DNA of 64,000 nucleotides, from assembly GCA_016906335.1 (NCBI GenBank), contig JADEYG010000003.1:186001-250000 (forward strand). The letters run 5' to 3'. Source of the stretch: Novakomyces olei (lineage: Eukaryota). This document shows, in pieces, positions 29,863-48,069 of the stretch (positions are counted from its first letter, which is position 1; each line of letters starts with the position of its first letter). Both the position numbers and the translations under genes were made by a program. The notes beneath the pieces were generated by a model. That model saw only the letters and a program-made list of their open reading frames with translations. It was not told the origin of the DNA and searched no databases.

Positions 29863-32484
29863 TTAATGCCAATAATCGACTCTGCGCTCCAATAATATCC
29901 GGGTATCGTCGACAGAAGCACTTGAATCTAATCTCGCTAGTATCTCACCAACAGCCTCATCACCTTTGGAGAGAGCTAATTTTAATTCCGGCAGTGTGTC
30001 CATGTTGGGAGAATCGCCATTCTCCTTTGGTGCAATGGAAATTATAGGAGCAGCATTCAACACTCGACGCAGGTACCGTGTACATAGTTCGGAGCTAGTA
30101 TATTTTGACATCAAAACACCCATTTCGAAAATATCACGGGCCAATTGCGATCCTCCACGGGGAGAAAACTGATGACTTAATATTATATCCCGCCATAAAA
30201 TAGTGGATACTGCCTCCATGACCATTTTAGAAAATTCAACAAACAAGGCTTCCGATAATGTTTGTTGCACAAATAAAAGTATAGACTCGAGAAAGGTAAG
30301 AAAAGAAGCAAAGTGCGGAGTGACCGGTGCGACTGTTAACGTAGAAGCCACAGGAGTATTGAATGAAGTCCATGTTGAACTATAGATTAGATTTCTGATA
30401 AACGGATGGGAACAGAAAAGTCGAAACAGAATAATCAGAAAAGAAATAATAAAAAGCTAAAATTCTAAAATTCTAAAACAGTCGAATAAAATTAAAAAAA
30501 ATACTAACGCGAATTAATCAATAAAGCAGCAACAAGATAAATAAACAATCAAAATATTGTCATACACTTTTCTGTAAGATCGCAACTGGTTCCCAATCTC
30601 TTGCCGTGAATGCTCCATCCATAAAGAATACGACTTTTCGAACAAGTTTTGAAATTTGCCTACTATATCCGCCAGCACAGTCTTGTCAAGGGCGGGGTAC
30701 TCAACTTCAGAACACTCCAAAAACGGCTGTTATTAGTATAACATATAATATAAACCTACCAAATCATCGTCCATTTCTTGGGCAAGTTTCTTGACGTAGT
30801 GGCAGCTCACGAGAAGACGGCAAAACCTTTCCTGACCTTCAACCCCAGCCAGCTCAGAATTATCTTGTCCGTAAATATTCCCCGGCACGGAACGAATGAC
30901 GCTCTCAACACGCGATGTAAAGGATTGGTAAGACTCGTTTAAACGACTATAGTAAGCTTCTAGGATTCGAAGAACAATTCCATCTATAAATCGTTTTCTT
31001 TGGGGTAGTGCGCTTATAAACCTCATGTCATCTATACCGTTAGATTCTGAATGCGATTATAAATTGAACTAGAAAAATTAAGCCAGATTTAAACAAAATA
31101 AAAACGAAATAAATAAAATAAAATTCCAAGAAACAAGATAAAAATACAAAAAACAAAAAAGGTATGCTGTAAGAATCAATTGTCAAAATCTTTTTAACCC
31201 TCATCAAAGAGCTACATGAGTCAAAAAAACATTGTAACAAACAAGGCAGCACTTACTCCACGACTGATTCAAAATAGACCGTAATTCTCGGGCAGAGTAC
31301 GTAATCTTGGACTTTGTAGCCTCTCTTTCGCCTTCAAGTTCAAAAGCTGAGGGATTCTCTAATAGTGCAGTATATTTCTGCAATGCATCCTCAAGATCGA
31401 TATTATAAAGCCCATCTAGCACAGCTTTATCTTTGGTAAATGCTTCGTGAAAAGGAGGAGAGCATCGGAATCCGTACATTTCATCGAGTTGTCTTTCAAA
31501 CTGCTTCACCTCGTCAACCACAAGGGACACATAAGCCTGGTCCGTCGCTGACCGTGTACGAATAAGGCGCATCAGTTTACCAGATAGCATGGGCAGCAGT
31601 GTTTGGATATACTCGCTCATAGCATCCGTTTCGGGCAAAGCCCTCTGTATCGCTGAGATGACACGCTGGTGATCTTGGATTTGCTTTAGTATATACTTTA
31701 TCGGCCAGTGCGGTTTGTCGGGATCGTTTGTGCGTCGATTCGAATAAAAGTGGTACCGAAACCCGGTCTCAATAGACTCGGCCAGTATACTAAAGCACGG
31801 ATTGGGCCCATTTCCGGTGCATAAAGGCCGTGCTAGATCTACAAAACTACTAATAAACTTAGAGAAAGCCTCTGACTCGAAATCCATATCCGTGTCCGGT
31901 ATTGGCCAGCCAATAGCATCAATTGCAGTGCGCAGAGACGAAAAGTGTTGGTCTGCGTATCGCCGTTCAGATCTGCCAAGTTCCTGTTTCAAGAACGCCA
32001 AAAGGTGGTGAAGAGGGCGATCGAGCCGTTCATTTTCGTGCTCCGTCTCTTGGATAACCTTTTTGCATGTAGCAAACGTCTCGTGAGCCTTTTCGTACGG
32101 CATTCTACCATCCTGAACAGCCAAAAGCATTAATTGGCATTTTCTTAGGCCTTTCATATATTCACGTGCCAAAACAAGCGCATCAAGTTTTTCTAATTCG
32201 GAGGAAACCGTGTCAACTGCCGGCCGCAGTCTCTGCTGCGAAGCCCGTAGCTTGTTCCATGGTACTTCTATGCTCGAGCGATCCTTTTGCAAAGCCTTTA
32301 TTGAACGGCGCCCGGACTGTATTGCCTTTAGTACGATAAGAGAAGAGGCTGATACCTTTACGTTTTGACCGCGATTACCGCGTTTTCCGCCACTATCACT
32401 GATCGCCGTCAACAGATCGGGGATTTTATGGCACTCGTGAAAATTTGTAATGTGCGAGTCCAAGAACTCTGTCACCGCTGCCAT
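29863..32484 (-). CDS. TIP20: Dsl1-complex subunit Tip20/RINT1
   Basis: AIGWP, FRYHFYSNRRTNDPDKPHW, FSPRGGSQLARD. Three GT-AG introns link the minus-strand ORFs. Confidence 0.85.
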
Positions 32485-32516
32485 CGCCGAGTCAATTTGT
32501 TTGTCAGCTATGATGT

Positions 32517-32518
32517 AT

Positions 32519-32617
<99 letters not shown>

Positions 32618-32618
32618 T
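32517..32618. repeat. (ATTT)n microsatellite in the TIP20/SNF1 divergent intergenic region
   Basis: ~100 bp run. Confidence 0.97.
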
Positions 32619-33220
32619 TATTATTATTTATTATTTTAATCCTGACATTAGGCAGTTACTTTTTCGCTCCAGTAAGCATATACGACTCTTGTAATTTACG
32701 TTACGCATTACTATACACAATTTTTCCTTATCTAACCTCAGCCTATCGTCTATTCCTGCTTACCAGCGCCGCAGACCTCTTACGACTCGGCTCATACAAT
32801 AAACGGCAGAAAACCCTGACTTTCATAAAGAACAGAGTATAATCCACTTTTGGAGAAGTAAGCGGCCACGAGAACCTCTTAAAAGTAAGGAGAAGGCGGC
32901 GTGAATAATAAACGGATTAAATCCAGCTGCGGCCGGTACGAAAAGCAAACACAAAGCAAAAGTGGCAGCGTCGTGAATGCTGCCGCTGGAGTTGCTGCGA
33001 CTGTGCTCTAAACCCAAATTTATCGCAATTTGCGGGTACCGTATCTATTTATTTTTGTGTAATTACTGCTGACGGAGCCCCGCAATTAGGATCAAAAAGC
33101 GCTAAAACCTGATCGGCAAGACAAGCTCGTCGCGCTGATTTGCCATTTGACGCCTTTGTCTCAGAATTGCGGAGAAGTGTCGCTTTTGGACTGCGGAGTG
33201 GCAGATAGAGAGTAACCATA

Positions 33221-36668
<3,448 letters not shown>

Positions 36669-36759
36669 GAGAGGGGCAGCTTGCTTGCTCTGTGCCGACT
36701 CTAGTACTGTTTTGCTTGTTTATTGTTTTCATTATCTATTACCATTTTGCCACGTTTCT

Positions 36760-36938
36760 CTTTTACTCGTTCCTATTTTACTCGTCCTCATTTTACTCGT
36801 CCTCGTTTTACTCGTCCTTATGTTACTCGTCCTCGTTTTACTCGTCCTTATTTTCTCGCTCCTTACTTTACTCGTTCCTCATTTGCCTCGCTCTTCATTT
36901 TACTCGTCCTTACGATACTCGTTCCTCATTTGCCTCGT
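36760..36938. repeat. Degenerate 15-bp tandem repeat (TTTTACTCGTCCTCR) downstream of SNF1
   Basis: About 10 diverged copies. Confidence 0.9.
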
Positions 36939-37279
36939 TCTCTCTCGAGTCGAGACCTTGCCTACATGCTTGTATTATGTTACCTTGCAGTATATTATTA
37001 TGACGCTGAATTTGGATATGACTGCTTTGCGCATCTAGCTTTATTTACTGTTTGACGATTGAATGAAAGCCGACTCCGTTCAGAATCCTAGTGCTTGTAG
37101 AGGTTTAGTCGTAAAGATCAAGTGTAATTATTATTATTATTATTACTACTACGATCATCAAAAGAGATATATATTGACCCTAACCCTGGTCTAGATTTTA
37201 GGTGGTAATTTGTACAGTCTGCTAGAATAATCCTGTTAATTCACATTTAATTTTTTAATTAATAATGTTGATATATGGT

Positions 37280-39762
37280 CTATGGAAACTCGGCAAGTTC
37301 TTGTAAAAATGCATGCGGTGAAAGAAGCTCTGTACTCCCATAACGTATGTGTTTAGCAACCCCTCCCTGAGTGTGTCGTGCAGACCAATCAAGAAGGTTG
37401 CCATACTCGTAATAGTTACCCCCGCCGACAGTAAAAACAATGGCCTCATTAAAATTCTGCCTTACAGCCTGACCGGCATTTGCGGAAGCAGTCGCTCTCG
37501 GAACTTTTGGATCAAAATAGAGATAATCGTCTGTTTTGTTTCCCGCTGCAGAGGAGGTAGAGTCCGTTAGGGACTCTACAATCTTTGAAATTGTAAGATC
37601 TTTGTCTGTGGGAATTAGGTTTTTAATGCCGGATACAATATTGTCCAGCTGGCCGCCCAGGCCGGCTTCTCTGAATCGCTCTGATACTAAACTACTCAGT
37701 GACCCGATTCCACCAAACAGATTTCCACTGCTCTGGCTCGATTGCTGGCCAGTGATTGAGGATGTCGTGCTCGTCATCATTGTAAGCCGCGTGAGCTCTC
37801 TCACCCTTAAAAGTTAGGCCATGTAAACGTGAACAAAGTGATGCCAATGAGCCAGTAGAAAAAAAAAAAAATTGAAGTAGAACTTGATAAAGCCAATGAA
37901 TAATAAAATTAACAAAAATATAATAAATGATAAATTGTAAACTAAAAAAATAGAGTTGAAGCAATTGTCTTGTAGTTTGAAAGATCGATTAAACTAAGCA
38001 GTAATAAAACGTACTTTTTAATGTACTCAAGAGGCCTCAAGTCACATCCTGCTTCCTTCAATGAATTTTCATATTGAACCATATCGTTACGCGGAACGTC
38101 TTCGACGTTCAAATACCATATAATAAAGAGTCGAAGCTTGTCCTCCGGATCATGTTTTTCTGGATCTTTTAAAGTCGCTAAAAGCTGTGGCTTGTTTTGC
38201 CTCAGAATCGATTCTTCCATTTGGAAATAATTGTCCAGCTGTCGCTCTTTAATTATCGGCAAAAGAGCAGTCAAAATATTGAAATGCACGTCGATAATAG
38301 CTTTACGAGCTGAAAGTTCTGGTAACAAACCTATGGCCCACGTCAAATGGCTTGTGTTATTTCCAAGGTCACTGGCCGTCAGCATAAATAAATTTAAACC
38401 AAAAAAAATCTAAAAGCCATACTCATGGTTCAAATCCTCCAGATTATTAACGCCAGTTTTCCGGACAATGTCAGCGGCATCTTCGCGGTAGCGATTGAGT
38501 TCGCGATCGATATTCTCAGCCACTTGAGGAAATGGGAGATTGCTATTAGCAGCCCAGAAAAAATCTTGTCCATCAAGATCATATGTCTGACGCCGTGATT
38601 TCCCATTCTCCATCAAGTCAACAGTGAGCTGGTTGCGATGTAAATTTAACGCATCCTGAGCAAGAGCCTGGTACGTCCACGAATGGCTAAACATGGGTAT
38701 CAAATCAACCGTTCGGTCCAGTATTATCATGATTGGCCTCTGGGCCAGCGAGTGAGCAGTTCGAAATAAATTCCTTGAATTTAATAGATGATCACGGAGC
38801 CTGCTATCCAGACGTTGGGCAACCATTTCCGCTGGTCCGCCGCGAGGACAACGTAAAATAGGAACAGTCCCGAGCGTGACAACAACAGAAAACAGTCCTG
38901 TGACAATTTTGTCAATTGTTTGGTCAATCATATGCTCGAGCGAGGGATCATTAAAGATACGAAAAACTCCAGGCAGTCCAAGGCTAAACATTTCTGGGCC
39001 AGAGACAATAAAATTTAAATATTGGTCGTAGACTTGCTGTATCCGCTCCGCCACGTTTGCCTCAGAGGCCTTGTCCGCAAAAGTCTCCAGCAAGTCACGG
39101 GAAATGGACGATGAAAAGTTCACAAAGGCCGAGGTGTACAAGTCGCGTTGCATGTCCTTGCCGTCAGAAACATTGTCGAACAAAAAAAATGATCAATTCC
39201 GAGTAGTGAGAAGTATGGGATAAACAATTGAACAAGAAAAATATCCAAATCTAATTACAGGTCATAAAATAAATAAATCAGAGTGAAAACAAACCTTCAC
39301 GACCAGATCCACATTACCCTCGGTGGGCTCAATGAAATAGACAGCAGGCACGTCGGCGATTGGGTACCGCTCAGCATCGATATTCCTGTACGTGTTTAGC
39401 ACATTAGCAAAGCTTTGATAAATCTAACTGGAAAATGCAGCAGATAAAAATGAACAGAGTCATACATGTGCACGGTTATGCCATTGTCGCGAAGATCATT
39501 TTTCCTCAGCACAGACGAAATTACTTGGCCGCCCAAGCGGTCAAAAACAAGAACTTTCCACACAGGCAAAGAGTCCTGATCAGTGGTCTCAAAGGAATTG
39601 GAATCGCGGCCATTTTCGCGGTCATCAGTGGCAGTGCCACGATTGAGATTTAAAAGCCTCACTAATGCAGCTGCAGTATTAGATATTTTATGATTCTTTT
39701 TCAGCATTACCTTTCTGATGATCACGAAGTGTGACCTCCGCCGCTCGAGCTGTCATGGCCAT
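37280..39762 (-). CDS. SLY1: Sec1/Munc18-family protein Sly1
   Basis: TLRDHQK, WKVLVFD, LRDNGITVH, DVPAVYFIEPT, VYDQYLNF, CPRGGPAEMVA, HSWTYQ, LPELSARK, FTVGGGNYYEY, YGSTEL. About five introns. Confidence 0.95.
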
Positions 39763-40107
39763 TAACCTCGAATGGACTCTGCCTTCGCGAGCAAAGCCTT
39801 GATTGTATGGCAATCTGTCTGCCCGCGTAGTAGTGTACAATAATATATGAGGCTAGTTTTACAAGCACAGAACAATCGCGAGCAAGCAATACTTCTGCGT
39901 CGATTGATATGGCTTATGTTTAGGGTTAGTTAGGGTTATATTTCGCAATACACAAAACTTGGGCTTGAGGGTTTGTGCAGGTAAGAATTGGTCGGAGTAT
40001 GGACGGTACCGATTGAGTGCAAGCCAGCATGTACTACACCAATGTAAATGTGGCGAGTTTAACGAGTCTTTGTAACCTACCTCTAGTGAAAGTGTCGTTT
40101 GAGCGCT

Positions 40108-40143
40108 TTATTAATTTATTTATTTATTAATTTATTTATTAAT

Positions 40144-40198
<55 letters not shown>

Positions 40199-40201
40199 TT
40201 T
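40108..40201. repeat. (ATTT)n microsatellite in the SLY1/G-alpha divergent intergenic region
   Basis: ~90 bp run. Confidence 0.95.
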
Positions 40202-40437
40202 GATAATTAATTAATTAAAAAGGTACAATGCAATTTATTCAGTGACAGCAGAGAATTTGTTTGGCCCGTGTTTTCCCCGCGATATTAAATACGATAGATA
40301 ATCGCCCTCCTACCTTTACATTTTGGCATTTAATAAATCTAAAATTACATACTGTCGCAGTTTCCCGAATAGGGCGCGCTAAAATTGACATTTGCCTGGA
40401 CGCACGCACACCCGTCCGAACCCAAATATTCGATCGG

Positions 40438-41938
40438 ATGGCTTGTTGCGGCGCCGATAACGAATGGGACGACGAAGCGCAGCTCAGCTCGAGAATTGAT
40501 ACGGAGCTAAAAGCCGCTAAAGCTGAACGGGGCCGAGTAGTTAATCTGCTGCTGTTGGGTATTTGCTTCGTTCTTTACAATTAGCAGTATTGCCTAGTGC
40601 AACTAACACTCGTCAAGGCACGGAAGATACGGGCAAAACGACGCTCGGAAAGCAGATGCGGCTTATTCATTCGTCAGGGTTTTCATTGCAAGACCGGGCG
40701 CAATGGAAGCCGATAATATTTGCAAACTTGCAGGAGACGTTTGCTGAGGGTATTCGTATAGCCAAACGGGAAGGGTTGCTCGGGCACCACGATTCGGAGC
40801 TTGAGGTTTGTTGAGATACGCAAAAGAAATTGAAAATGAATTAAAATAAATGTAAAATAAATATTAATATTAATATTATAAAGCTAGAGGCACGACCAGA
40901 GCTAAACTTTAGGAATCTTTTGCGCTGGTATTAACACCGCGCGAGCTGGACAAGAGCAATGCTTTCCCGATTGAGTTTCTTGATGCTTTCCATAAAGCTT
41001 GGACTGCAGAACCAATAGCAAAATTGATTACGAGCAAAAACACTCTGCTTCATGATAGCATTGGCACGTAAGTCTCGAATTCATTTTCTTGCCCCGCTTC
41101 TGTGCTTATATCTTAGATTTATGCAAGACCTGGATCGGCTTTTCCGGTATGATTATATGCCAACGAACGACGATATTTTGCTCTGCCGATTGAAAACGAC
41201 AGGCGTTAAAGAATCGACAGTGAAAATAGGGCGGCAGGCATTACGGTACGTCGATCCGCGTGTCACACTAATGCCTTTTAGTGTTATCGATGTTGGTGGA
41301 CAGAAAGCGGAGCGGAGGCGATGGATTCACTGTTTCCAAAATGTGACAGCGATTATTTTCATGGTGGCAATGTCGGGCTATGACTTGACTGTATCGGGCG
41401 ACAGTAATTTGGTAAGATTATATGCATTTCATCGTTTTTCCTTGATGATTATTATTTTCAAAGTAAAGCTAATTTTCAGAACCAAATGGACGAGGCCTTG
41501 ACGGTGTTTGAACTAATAATCGGGTCCGAATGGTTTCAGTCAACTTCGATAATATTATTTCTCAATAAACTAGATCGGTTTCGTTCTAAAGTAAAATATT
41601 CAAAGATTGAATCATATTTTTCGGACTTTGTACCTCCTCAGCCGCTCGGTAGTGAATCAGAACATGATTCGGCTTTAGTACAGGCAGGCTGTGAATATTT
41701 TCGCCAGGCTTTTTTGGATATCGCTAGTGCTACCGAAAAGGAAGTTGTAAGCTCTTCGTGATCACGTGTATTTATTTCTTTTTTCCTGCTTGTCTTCCCG
41801 TAATTCTCCCGTAATGGCCATGCTTACCGTTAGTATACACACTATACCACAGCAATCAGCACCCAAAACATTCGGGATGTTATGGCCAGTGCGCAGGATA
41901 TAATACTGCAACAAAATTTGCAAACTTTTCTGTTATGA
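40438..41938 (+). CDS. Heterotrimeric G-protein alpha subunit (divergent)
   Basis: LLLLG|TEDTGKTT..KQMRLIH, DILLCRLKTTG, DVGGQKAERRRWIHCF, ILFLNKLD, HYTTA, DIILQQNL. Six GT-AG introns. Confidence 0.92.
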
Positions 41939-42792
41939 CAGCGGCAGTGTGGATACATTAAATGGTCCGTCAATGGTCCGGACCAGGTGATGCAACGAAA
42001 AGCGCAATCATTGTAGAATACCTAGAGGCTTTGATTAGAGCAATTTCTATCCTCAGCTATAGCTTTTTTTCAGTAATATGGTTGATTGGCGTTTTTATAT
42101 TTTTATTTATCAAAAGCCAGATGCAACAGACAAAACGCCGAGCTATGGAGATAAGAAGACTGAAATTGAGCAAAATACAAATAGACAAAATTGAAAAGGA
42201 TTTAACCTTACTCGGACGGAGAGAAGCAAATGTGTATGTGTATATAGCGTCTCTTTTCCAGCGCAAATACAAAGATATCGATAATGTTCATTTAGCAAAG
42301 CCATTAGTCCAGAAAAGCACGCACATACTCTCTATTCTTCTTTTCAAAAGTAGAAACATCCGTTTAATAATTGCTTATACACTTGCCTCCGGGAGGATTG
42401 TGCTTCACTAACTGCTTTACTGCTTAAATTACAATGTCCGACAAGTAATATATGGGCATCTAATTTCCAGTATTCGGTTCATTTGCCCAACCTTTTATTG
42501 CTTTATTTTGTTTTTGTTTTTGTTTTTTTTTTTTCTTTTTTTTTTTTTCTATTTTATATTTATTTTATATTCATTATATATTTATTTTATATCTGGTTTA
42601 TTTAATTTTTCCTTTCCTTCTTCCGCTATCCACACTCTGCCCCGCTCATCCAAATTGGGAAATGGCCCGGCCAGCGCAAATCATAATATTGTATGATGTA
42701 AGGAAACGGAAACGAGGCAATTGCAACCAAAAGGCCGCGCAAGTTTCCACGTCCAAGTCAATTGCGCTTGAAAATTGACTTGTGTAGTCACA

Positions 42793-44299
42793 ATGAAACT
42801 GCCTTCTGCATTCACTTCACCGCCCTGGTCGCCAAACAGAACACCGAACAATGAGCGAGCGTATATTCCTCAGCACTCGTCGCATACGACACAGCCGGGC
42901 GATCGGGGAGCTGTCAACCCGTCGCAGATACCGTCGGACAAGTTTGTCCTCGATGGAGGTATGCGGGAAGCGGCCGGTAACACTGGATTCAGTGCCTGGA
43001 CCAGCGTTCAATTGCTGCGCATCTTGTTTGTCTGCGCTCGATGGCACATTAAATTTTTTTCATCTTCAGTCTGAGTCTTTTTTATGTTTCTCAATGCTTT
43101 CGTCAATGCGTCTCTCCGTTTGCGATAGCTCCTCCATCTTTTTCTTCATCTTCTTTTCTTCATTTTTAACCAAACATAGTTTTTAAGTATATTTTTTATT
43201 CGTTCAGTACTGACATCCAGGGCTGTACGACTCCTTCAGGCCCATCAAAGGCAATCACCTAACAAAGGCGCACCGGGTCATTTTGAAGTATAGATTGTAC
43301 CTTCGCCTAACCCGGCCTGTAGTCGCAAAGCGGCTAGTTGCCCATTTTATAGGCAAAAAACAAATTACACTGACAGAGGACACGGGTATGGGGCTGAAGA
43401 GCGAAACTTTTACAGAGCAATTGGTCGGCGTACGTTGGGTATTATGGGAGGGAACTGAGCTGGAGGCAGGGAAATTGCACGAGTTCAAATTACTCAGTGA
43501 ACTGCCCCATAAAACGCCGCGTACAATCGTCACAAAATCTGGGGAAGTTGGATTTGAGCTGAGCGTGTTCCTCGAGGACTGTTCTCACTCTGGCCGTATG
43601 CATAAAACCCGGCTCAGTATACCCGTGGCCAATCCCTTCAGCTTGGATACAGAAAGCCCCAACGTGGACGTTAGCTATGGCCAAAATCCCGAGGATCACC
43701 AGATAGAAATGATTGGGTCCACGTACACGGTCAACGATAAACTCAAGCTCTTTGTGGAGAAACCTGATCAGTGTTTCAAGGGCGGCGCGTCCGTATTTCC
43801 GCTTCACGTATTGCTACAAAGCTCTAATCACGACGTACGTGGCACTGACGTAACGTCTATCGAGGCGCGTATAATCCAGCATGTTAATTGGCTTTACAAG
43901 GGAAAGTTGTTGGTTACTGACTCGTACCCGGTAACGGAGACGGCTACAATGGTACCTTCAGAGAGCTATGAAATGAATAAGGAATGGCTGCGGTGTAATA
44001 TGCCATTGCTAGACCACCGAGTACACGGCCGGTTTGATAGCAAGCATTTTATAGTACGACACGATTTGGAATTGACTGTGCACTTGGCACGTGGCGGAGG
44101 ACTACTCGCTACTATAAAGAATAAGCCTAAAGTGTTCACAGAGCCGGTGGAAATCTACCACCGTGATCTCGGGACACTGATGGCCCGCTTTGACGGGTAC
44201 GTTGAGGCCCGTGTGGGAGCAGATCCGATTGAGCTTACACGGCGGCTTGAACAAATGAAGGCTAAAGCCGATGCTGATGGTTCACTTATTGTGGACTAG
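42793..44299 (+). CDS. Arrestin-fold-like protein
   Basis: Exon 1 (42793-42958) joins in phase 1 across intron 42959-43220 (GTATGC..ACTGAC..CAG). Pattern LEAGKLHEFKL..ELP..TPRT..G.V.F.L.V and later IVRHDLELTV is typical of arrestin N and C domains. Confidence 0.6.
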
Positions 44300-44807
44300 G
44301 CAACTTACAGGGCACTTTCTAGGCACTTACTTGGCTGTTGTATACTTTTCGAGGCGGCTCTTGTTATTACATCCTTTATATAAAAGGCAGAATTCCAGAA
44401 TGTACATTTAATTTGTAATATACACTATTTCGCGATTTTCATACGTTTGTAGACTAGCAAGCGGATAAAGCGTCCTTCGGCGGGGAGTAGCGTTGTACAA
44501 TCAGCAATAAATAGAGTGTGATAGCAGCAATAGCAGCATATTATGAAAACTGTGGCCGGCAAAGTGGCGTCCGGCTCGTTTGGTTGTGGAAATACGGGCA
44601 GTATCAATTGTACATGTTCCCGGCAATTGGCTTTACAGATAATGTATGGCAGCGGCGATAATAATAGCAGTCTATGCGACCAATCAGCATTACTTGCCCG
44701 AGCAACGTCGGCTGTGACGTATCCTACTCGGCTCCATCTACTCTGACTCACTTTTCCATAATATATTATTCTGTATATTTAGAAGCACTGCTCTGCCAGT
44801 AAGAAGC

Positions 44808-44950
44808 TATTATATATAGTGCCTTTTATATCTAGTGCCTGTTTTATATAGTGCCTTTTATATAAAGTACCTATTATATAGAGTGCCTATTATATAGAGT
44901 GCCTATTATTTAGAGTGCCTATTATATAGAGTGCCTATTATATAGAGTGT
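44808..44950. repeat. 16-bp minisatellite (GAGTGCCTATTATATA) ~9 degenerate copies upstream of the MAPK
   Basis: Tandem copies with progressive divergence. Confidence 0.9.
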
Positions 44951-44978
44951 CTTACATTGGGCACGTTACACTACTGTG

Positions 44979-44988
44979 CTAAATATAG
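44979..44988. promoter_or_regulatory. Rlm1/MEF2-type MADS site CTAAATATAG
   Basis: Exact match to CTA(A/T)4TAG, ~120 bp upstream of the MAPK ATG. Confidence 0.5.
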
Positions 44989-45106
44989 ACATGATATCAA
45001 GTAAAGGTTAAGCAGTACAAATGGTAGTTTTGTCTCGAGGCGCTCGTGTCGTAGACGTATATTTTCTGCACGCGCAGTCGGATTGACAAGTAGCGCAGGC
45101 GGCCAA

Positions 45107-47127
<2,021 letters not shown>

Positions 47128-47336
47128 GATGATAGGATTGAATATGATTGGTGTGATGAGTAATTGGAATAGTAGTGTTGCTAGAATAAATGGGTCAGAG
47201 TGCCTTGGCAGTTAATGTAATCGCAAAAGAAATAAATGATCAAAATTATTCAGAACTATTATTTGAAGGTATAAAGGTATATATACATAAACTGTGCCTT
47301 TTTAGTCAATTATTGAGTCTTATGGTTAGTTCAAAC

Positions 47337-47419
47337 GGGACTTTATTCTAGTGGTACGATACATGCTTAGGGTTTCTGAAAGCATGCATGTGGCCCGGGT
47401 TCGATTCCCGGAAGTCCCC
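47337..47419 (+). tRNA. tRNA-Pro(AGG) with 12-nt intron (47373-47384)
   Basis: GGGACTT/AAGTCCC acceptor, CATGC/GCATG anticodon stem with TT-AGG-G, CCGGG-TTCGATT-CCCGG T arm, T7 run downstream. Confidence 0.88.
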
Positions 47420-48069
47420 TCTCTTTTTTTGTCTTGTACTATATACCATGAAACGTGAAATTAAAATTTTGTTCGTTTTGATGCTTTTATGAGTAATCTT
47501 GTGGATGCTGGTTCATTCTACTTGTCAATACAAATGAGAAGCTGAAAAGCCTTGGCAATTTTAAGCTATGAAAAACACGAACGAAAAGCTGTTTGTCCTC
47601 TTGATAAAATTAATCATGACAATTATTTAATTTAGGGTTAGGGTTTTGTAACAATGCCAATATCGCGAACGGCGGCACTAGTTGATTTTTATCACACGTA
47701 ATTTTAACAATTCAGGAACATTAATGTATATACAAAGAACGTTTGATAATTACGCGATTGAAATGAATGAAATGCTTTTCAGCGATAAACATTGCGCAAA
47801 ACGCTTCGCAATTTAAAACGAACACAAGCGCTTACCAAAACAGCAGTATAGTACAGTATTTCTATGAAATAGTAAATGTAATTATAGTAAATATAATATC
47901 GTGGCGGGATGCAATGCTCTGCAGCAAGACCAGTACTGGAGGCTCCATGATTTAGCCGTGATTCAGCAGCTTTGCTATGCTCCGGGGTAGGAAGCTTCCA
48001 AACCCTCTCCCTTAGGCGATGGAAAGATCTTCTGTAATTCCACTCTGTACAAAAAACGTTTTGTCTCGT

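Noticed and set aside
36760..36938. Repeat arrays here, at 3307 and at 44808 as CRISPR-like
   Set aside because: Head-to-tail units without unique spacers, in a eukaryote, with no cas genes.
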